A DNA stretch of 64,000 nucleotides from the human T2T-CHM13v2.0 reference genome, Homo sapiens. The stretch lies in assembly GCF_009914755.1 (NCBI RefSeq), contig NC_060944.1; one strand, written 5' to 3'. The position numbers were made by a program, and so were the translations under genes. Positions 55,651 through 64,000 of this stretch are shown here, one piece after another. The stretch's first letter is position 1; every line of letters begins with the position of its first letter. The notes below the pieces were generated by a model, which saw only the letters and a list, made by a program, of their open reading frames with translations, had not been told where the DNA came from and did not search any database.

Positions 55651-56789
55651 TTTCTGACGCGACTGTTTTGATGTAGATTGACCCCAAATCAGAGTGAGGG
55701 CGTCTCTCTCCCACTGCATCATTCTCTGCTTAACTAACTCTCTATGCCTTCCCAAGAGATTATGAAAGACGCCTGTCTGATTCTTCCATTTAAGTATTTT
55801 CTTATCTTATAGAAATACGTGGGATATTTCTCTTAAAATTCTACTGAAGCTTTGAAAGAAATGGTTCAAATGGACCTTACATTCAAATAACCTCTCCTGA
55901 TATTTAATCAGTGCTCTTTCCACATCTTTCAGCCAAATAACATTCACTTCCCTTTGCTGTATATGTTCTTATGTAGAAATAATAGTCTCAACATCCATCA
56001 CAGTGCATTACATGTGGAAAATATACTTCCAGGTGAAAACTTGTTGAATTTTGGATATTTTGAGCATTTTCAGATTTAGTTCAACCTCATCCAATATGTT
56101 TCCTTTCTAAGTAACAGACTTAAGAGTAAATTTGGGCTCAGCTGCCAGGAAGTGAAAGAGAAAATGATCTGTACATGCAGATATGGATGTAGCAGAAGAT
56201 GTTTTCCTAAATCGCAAAATCAAAAGAACGATGTCTACACAGGACTCAGAGGAATGAATGCTTTGAAGTAATTTAGCAATGTGGGAATGGTCAAACATTT
56301 TCTTCTGTAAAATCTCCTGCTCTCTGCCCTTTCATTTTTTTTCCGTTCTCATTCTTTTTCTTCCCAGGTCTGTGATAAGGCTAGATAACATAAGGAAGTC
56401 ACTTGGCACCGTGTCCAGCCCATAGTGCTTCCGGTCCTGCTTTTGATGATGATGATAGAGGAGATAGTAGTATCTCCTTCTTTAAGATATTTTCAAGTAT
56501 GAAAGTAACTGAGTTAGTGTATATGAAGTATCTTCTAGAAAGTTTGACATATAGTGATCTTCAGAGCAGATGCAGAGGAAGCCAGACAAGAGGGATAAAT
56601 AAAGCAGGCAAGATGATATCGCAAGAGATAAGACAAAACTTCTGTGCTCTCTGCATTTGCCTTTCCAAGAAGCTGGTAGTTTAACTTTCCTTGGGCTTTC
56701 TGCAAAAATGTTCTGCATCTGAACTTGAGCAATTTTGAGTGTTTCTCTTCCTTGCAAACAAATGAGCCTTGACTTGAGCAGTCCCTTTA

Positions 56790-56915
56790 GTAGGCATGTC
56801 ATACATTATAGTAGTTTTTGTGACCCTCTCATCTCTCCAACTGGATTATAAAATCCTCAAGGGCAGAGATGTCTCTAATATGTCTTTGTATTCTGCCTCG
56901 TACTTAGCACAGGAC
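56790..56915 (+). mobile_element. L2 3' end
   Basis: caactggattataaaatcctcaagggcagagat..tctttgtattc..cttagcacag. Confidence 0.7.
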
Positions 56916-58025
56916 GGGAGAAATGTCATGTTATCCTGCTGATTAAGTCCATTAAGGATTCAGGTTGCATAACTCTCCTAATGGGGAATGGAGAATAAAT
57001 TCTGCAAGTGAGTTTAATGTTCACGAAAATCATCAACAGCAAATGTAGATGCATGCCCTTTGGCCGTGCACAAAATGCAAGGGAGAGGGTGGTCTTTTCC
57101 TAACTCTTTGTGAATTACCCTCGCTAAGTTCTCACCTCAGGGGCAGAATGCAATTTGTTTTTTCTCTTATAGATTTTTTCTCAGCCTTGGTGTGAAGCCT
57201 CCAACTGAGTTGGAAGATCCAAACTGGGACAGGGAATTTAAAGAGGGGACCACAAAATCGATTCCAACAGAACTTTAAGTTTACCCCAGGTTAGCTTCAT
57301 CTGTTGCACACAGAGGCATCTGCTTAACAGATCATTGTAGATATGATTGCAAATTCCACATAAAGGGAATATTTATAGGAAGGTCTGCCTTTCTGAATAC
57401 GTAACTAAAAATTAGTTTGTTTTGTAAAACTGTACTTTAGGCCAAACTCTGATTCACTGTATTAAGAGTCCCAAACTAACCAAATGAGAGGGACATACTA
57501 GCAAAGACATCTTCATCCACATGCGGGAGGGAAGAGGGATACTGCCAAGTTCTTGCAGAAGGACAGCACGGTCTCTTTCAGCTCCTTAAATATGTTCTGA
57601 TGAGGCACTTCAGTAAAACATGCCCATCTGCGTGTTCCACTGGACTAATGAATATGAAGTGTATATTCAGCTATTGATCTGAATTAAGTCCTAGGACCAG
57701 AATTTAGTGTCATTAATGATCTCTTTAATGAACGCAGGCAGAAACCATTATCAAATGATGATTTTTTTTTTCATCTTGGAAAGATTATTTTAAATCCAAA
57801 CACATTCTTTCAACTCTGTTTTAACCCCCCAGAGATATATTTTAAAAGCCATTGTGAGAAAGTAAATGAGAACATTGTCCAAAGCCTGGGAGTGAAGCAT
57901 TTGGTAGGAACTGGAGGTGGGGAGAAGGAATGTTAAATTCCTCTTTCTTGAACCATTACAGTACTTTTTCCTTATTTGGTGCATGTCTGGAGGGACAGGG
58001 CTTGGGCAGGGGAATGCCCCTTCTA

Positions 58026-58587
<562 letters not shown>

Positions 58588-58642
58588 TTATTCTGAAGAC
58601 AGTCTTTTAAAGTGGCCAAATGAAAAATAAATGACTGTGTCA

Positions 58643-58900
58643 ATTCAGTTTATTGTAAACATTTACTGAGCACATACTCTGTATAAAGCCATATGCTATG
58701 CTTTAGTAATGCAAACAAAATGTAAAATATATACCTACCCCTGAGGAGCTCACAAGTTTAGCGGCGAGGGGGGCCAGTTACATGGACAGATAAATGCAAT
58801 GAAATTACAACTCAGTTAAATACAAAACATTGTGATATATACAAAATCAAAAATTGTCCCAAAGTAGTGAAAAGTACAGAAAAAGAGACAGGACCAGGAA
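58643..58900 (-). mobile_element. L2 3' end
   Basis: aaacatttactgagcacatactctgt..gaggagctcacaagttta. Confidence 0.7.
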
Positions 58901-59132
58901 ATACCTTACAGTGTAATTTCCAGATATAAAATAACAAATGATCAGTATTTCTGAAACTTTGAGGGCCAGAGGAAGAATGGGTTGTAGCAAAGAACTCTAT
59001 CATAAGGGATTTTCTATGTTGTAATAACATGAGGTTTCATAGGAATAACCAGCATCTTAGAATGGGGTCTGTCTTAGTAATAGTCTAATGTAAAACAACA
59101 CGATTATTTATTTATCTTGCCTGCCTACTTTC

Positions 59133-59325
59133 CGTTCTCCTTCCTTCCCTCCTCCCCTGCTGTCCTCCTTTCCTCCCTCCTTCCCTCCTCTCCTTCTTCC
59201 CTCTCTCTTTTCCTCCTTCCTTTTCTACTCTCTTCCTCCCTTCCATCCTTCTTTCGTTCCCTTCTTTCTCCCTTCCTCCCCTTCTTTCTTCCTTCCTCCC
59301 CTCCTTCCCTCTTTCCTTCCTTCTA
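59133..59325. repeat. CT-rich low-complexity tract (degenerate TTCC)n
   Basis: About 190 bp, almost entirely pyrimidine. Confidence 0.9.
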
Positions 59326-61054
59326 TCTGTTCATCTCCCCATGTTATACCTACCTACCTACTTCCTACAGAGGCACCTACAACTTTGCCTTTCATTGTTT
59401 AACTGAGTTATAGATTGTGAAGACTAGAGTGACTTAACCACCCACCTTCCTTTCAACTGTGTGGTTTATTACACATATGTATCTCATTGATGTTTTTTGT
59501 GGACATTGCACTTGTGTAATTTATTCTTTTCTCATTTGGGTAAATATGAATGCATTGAAATAAAGAGGACTAGTTTTTTTTTATTTCAAAATTATATTTA
59601 AAAGGAAAAAATAATGAGACAACAGCAAGAGTCACTATTTAACTCAATTTGCTGTATTCTTAAAACTGGACCTTACAGTAAGCACTATAAGTAAGAAAAC
59701 AGCTACTTTCCAATGGAGATATAAATAACAATGCCAGATGAGCTGTTGCTCTTAAATCTTACAGTGGGACTTCATTAGTGTGACAAGTGAGAAGTAACAA
59801 ATTTATTCCCAGAACCAGAAAATGCCATTCAGGATAAGTGTTTTGATTAATTCATTTTTAGAGAGGTAGGGCTGTTTTAATCATGACAACTCTTATTTGC
59901 CATAATAGAAGCATCCGTGAATTTTTTTTTTTTCTGAACACTTCATGTGTATTTACCATTCCACTGTCATGATCTGGTTATTACTAGGACTGGGTTGCTA
60001 TTAATAATCAACACATTATTTTAAAATTGAACAAGCTAATATCACCAGCCTGTAATTTTCTGGGTTTACACATTGAATCTATTACCATAATTAAGTTAAT
60101 AGTATTTTAAATGAATGTTTATTTTTTATGGCTTTGTGTAGCAAACTACAATTAGATGTTTGTCTACATACACATGTTTTAGGAGTGTTCACTCTGTAAA
60201 TGGTTTTGTATGAATCTATTGTAAGAAAAAGTTCAACCTCTTTTGCATCTCCGATGAGTTAGAATTAAGTGATACTGCTCCTGTCAATTCATTTTTTTAA
60301 ACTCAAAAGTTTCACTTTATCTGTTTATGCCTCTTTAGTTTGTCTGTATACCATGAACACATATCCTTCATCTTTCCCCACCTTAGTATCCACTAGGTTT
60401 TTTCCTCTCTGGTTGCCTATCATTAGTCAATTGTTTTTCATGCTAATCAAAGAGCAGAGAAAACAAACGATGAGCATACAGGTAAAATGACATTCATGGG
60501 TTTCTTAGTTCTTTGGACACTCAGAGAAGAGAATAAAATAGCAGTTTGAATCATTTGTGGTTCTGCTGTATCTGTAATCCACCCATTTGACATAATGTAT
60601 TATTGGAGTGGCTAATTGGAAGTTCATAGGGTGTGTTTCCATATGCTTATTATAAAGAACAGATGTAAGAGTCAATTTCCTGTTTGAATGGTGATTTGAG
60701 CACTGAGCAATTTATTTAATCAGAAATGTCTTTATTATTCATAAAACTGTTCCAGTCTGATCCCATGTGTTTGTTTCAATTCTGAATGTGACTCTCTACC
60801 CAGGGCTGATAAACTCTGTTGTTCACATTAGGATGTTAAACAGAAAAGGTCACGCATCTGATCCCATGTGGCCTAATTAGTGTCAAACAAAGAAAATGTC
60901 TGTAAATTGTTATAGGCTGCAGTACCAGAAACCCACGTTACTTACCTTATGGGGATTAAAATTGCCACAAACTCTGTGCCAGACCATCCCCATGGCTGTG
61001 GCAATGGTACTAAAGCCACATTCCATTGGTGGTAGAGATGGCAGCCAGGAGTAA

Positions 61055-61552
61055 TGTGTCGGATATCGTCAGTTATCGCTCAGCATCCATTTTCACCTTT
61101 TTCAATGTGTCGTACTGTGCCACAGGGGCTTGAGGGTTAAAAATCAACTTTCCTGACTCCTTTGCAGCTAGGGTTCTAGATGTAAATGATGTTCTGACAA
61201 TTAGATGCACTTGAATGAGATTTGAATAAAGTTAAGGCAAAGGCCATCTTCTTGCTGCTATTCTTGTTGGTGAAGATGGCTGCAGAAATGAGTATTTTCA
61301 GGTGCCTGTGGCTGTCAGACTTGGCCTTGTAAGTGTCTAGAAGCAGTTGTGGCAGCAACAGCAATGCCTTCCTGACCTCTGCTTGCAGCAGCTATAGTTT
61401 TATGTCCCTGTACTAATTTGTTCAGAGTGAGGCTCCTGACTCCTGATCTACCATGCTGTCTAGGAATTTTGCAGCCAGCTAAGCTACTGCATTCAATCCC
61501 ATTCTACATGAAATACCAGGTTTCTGTTTCCTGCAGTCAACTTTGACTGATA
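61055..61552 (+). mobile_element. LTR33-family (ERVL) LTR
   Basis: tttcctgactcctttgcagctagggttctagatgt..aattagatgcact..tgagatttgaa..tttctgtttcctgc..tgactgata. Confidence 0.8.
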
Positions 61553-61574
61553 TGAAAATAGTCATAACCACATA

Positions 61575-61720
61575 AATGAAGAGTTATAGTTTACTGAGTA
61601 TCTATTAAATGCCAGACAAATTGAGGATCAGTGAGATAACTTGTACAAGTTCATAAAGCTAACGAATGGCAAAACCAGTGTTTGAGTTTCGGTCCATCTG
61701 TTTGCAAAGCTAGTACACAA
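61575..61720 (-). mobile_element. MIR fragment
   Basis: ttactgagtatcta..tgccaga..ataacttgtacaagttcataaagcta..tggcaaaacc. Confidence 0.6.
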
Positions 61721-61760
61721 AGGGCAGAAACTGTAATATGTCCATTTCTATTTTCAATTT

Positions 61761-62555
<795 letters not shown>

Positions 62556-63524
62556 CTAAATTTCTATTCAACATTTTAGAAATCCCTAAGGGAAGGAGAC
62601 TTTTGTATCCTCAAGTGCTTGAGGTCTATAACATCACTGACAAAAGAACACATTCTAGAAGAACCAGATAGAATATGTGCACCCTTGAGACTGGAATAGC
62701 TGCATCATTGAAGCAAGTCCATATCAGCTTCCACCTCCATGGTAATACTTGGGATGCATAGATGTAGAATCTAGTCTCAGAAGACAATGTGATTCTTTAG
62801 CCCATTCAATTTGTTCATCCATTATTTTTTGTATGCATCATCTCAACCCTATAGGGGGCAGTTAATGGGTTCGGTTTCATGTTTCAGATCCCCTTGACTT
62901 TGTTTGTATGTATATCACAGTGTTTATATAGTCAGATCTTTCAGGGACTGAAGCAAGCCCCGAAAAGACAAAGTGCATCATTAGCTGGGTTTTTCAGGAT
63001 TTCGTGGCCAGTGTAAAACAAAAGTGGGAGAGTGATAGGGCAGAAAGTGCTCTATTATTTCTGTTGTCAACAAAGACTCAGTTACCTGGACTGAGAGCAC
63101 TGCCCTTCCCAGCCTGCAGGAAGACTCAACGCCGGGGTCCTATGATGCACAAGTGAGAGAAGGGGGATGTTTTGCCTGAGAAGGTATGACTCTGGGGGCC
63201 AAGCAGGAGGGGATGAGCTGTCACATGGGAGAGATGCAGGCTAAGAACTAAAACTAATGAATGGAAGTTACAGAGAGGTAAGAAATTTTTTTCCAAGAAC
63301 TGCCTGGGACAAACACAGCTACTCCAGGAAGCCACTTCACTGCTGAAGGTGTTTTGTGCAAAGGTGTGCTGGCAGTTAAAGAGGAATGCTGCAGATAAGA
63401 TTCAGCTCCATAAAAGAGTGTGAAGATGTCTCTCATCCCTGAAGTTTATAGGATGCTCCCCACAAAGAACTGCAGATTTCCTTTCTAACTCATTGACTGG
63501 AGCTCAGGGACACCATGGGTTGAA

Positions 63525-63700
63525 GCTATGGCTCTGGAGGGAACTAGCTTAGACTTACATCCTGGTCCTGATATTTACTTGCTGTATTATATTAATTCTG
63601 CACTTCAGTTTCTCCGTCTGTAAAACAGGGGAAAGAACAGTGTCTCTCTCATAGGGGTAAGTGTGAAATCAAATCATTCAACCCATGTAAAGTGAATTGA
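63525..63700 (+). mobile_element. MIR SINE
   Basis: atggctctggag..atcctgg..cttcagtttctccgtctgtaaaacagggg..tctcatagggg..catgtaaagtg. Confidence 0.8.
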
Positions 63701-64000
63701 GCTTCTTATTCCTATTGGCTATGTGGTGATTGACATCGGAGCTCCCAAACAGTTCAATGGGAGAAGGTTGCAAATGAATTCTGCACTCAGATGCTCACTC
63801 AAACGTCTTGAGAACTAGGAGAACCCAGGGGACCCTGTGACAAATTTTCAACACCATTTGGTCCAGCCAAAGGGTTGTTTCAGACTGGCTTTCTCAGTGC
63901 TTGAGAGAGAATCTAAATATTTCTCAAGGCATGCATTACAAAATGTTCAAGTAGCTGCTCTATTTTTGAGAACATGCACATAAGACAGGCCCACAACATT

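Overview
This is AT-rich, CpG-depleted primate (most likely human) nuclear DNA, intronic or intergenic. I found no supportable protein-coding exon, intact RNA gene, CpG island or CRISPR array. The longest ORFs in the track come mostly from Alu, THE1-internal, L2 or low-complexity sequence, and the rest match no protein family I recognise. Much of the window is interspersed repeat: 14 Alus plus a FLAM, many with clear target-site duplications (TSDs); a full-length THE1A MaLR provirus (13395-15685); solo LTRs (LTR8, LTR8B, MLT2A2, MER34-like, LTR78-like, LTR16A/C, LTR33, MLT1s); DNA-transposon relics (MER5, MER53, MER44, MER58A, Kanga-like); old L1/L2/MIR fragments; and a rare tRNA-Ile-headed MamSINE1-like element. 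Repeat family names come from my recall of consensus sequences, and boundaries of the old elements are approximate; confirm with RepeatMasker/Dfam. I cannot support a claim of a novel biological system. The best leads are intact DUX4 motifs in three LTRs, two LTR8-family solo LTRs (AP-1/GATA motifs in the LTR8 copy), a candidate minus-strand spliced non-coding unit at about 26.4-28.0 kb, and several recent mutational scars (a 54-bp tandem duplication, a CpG-rich 15-mer repeat, and templated insertions in Alus).
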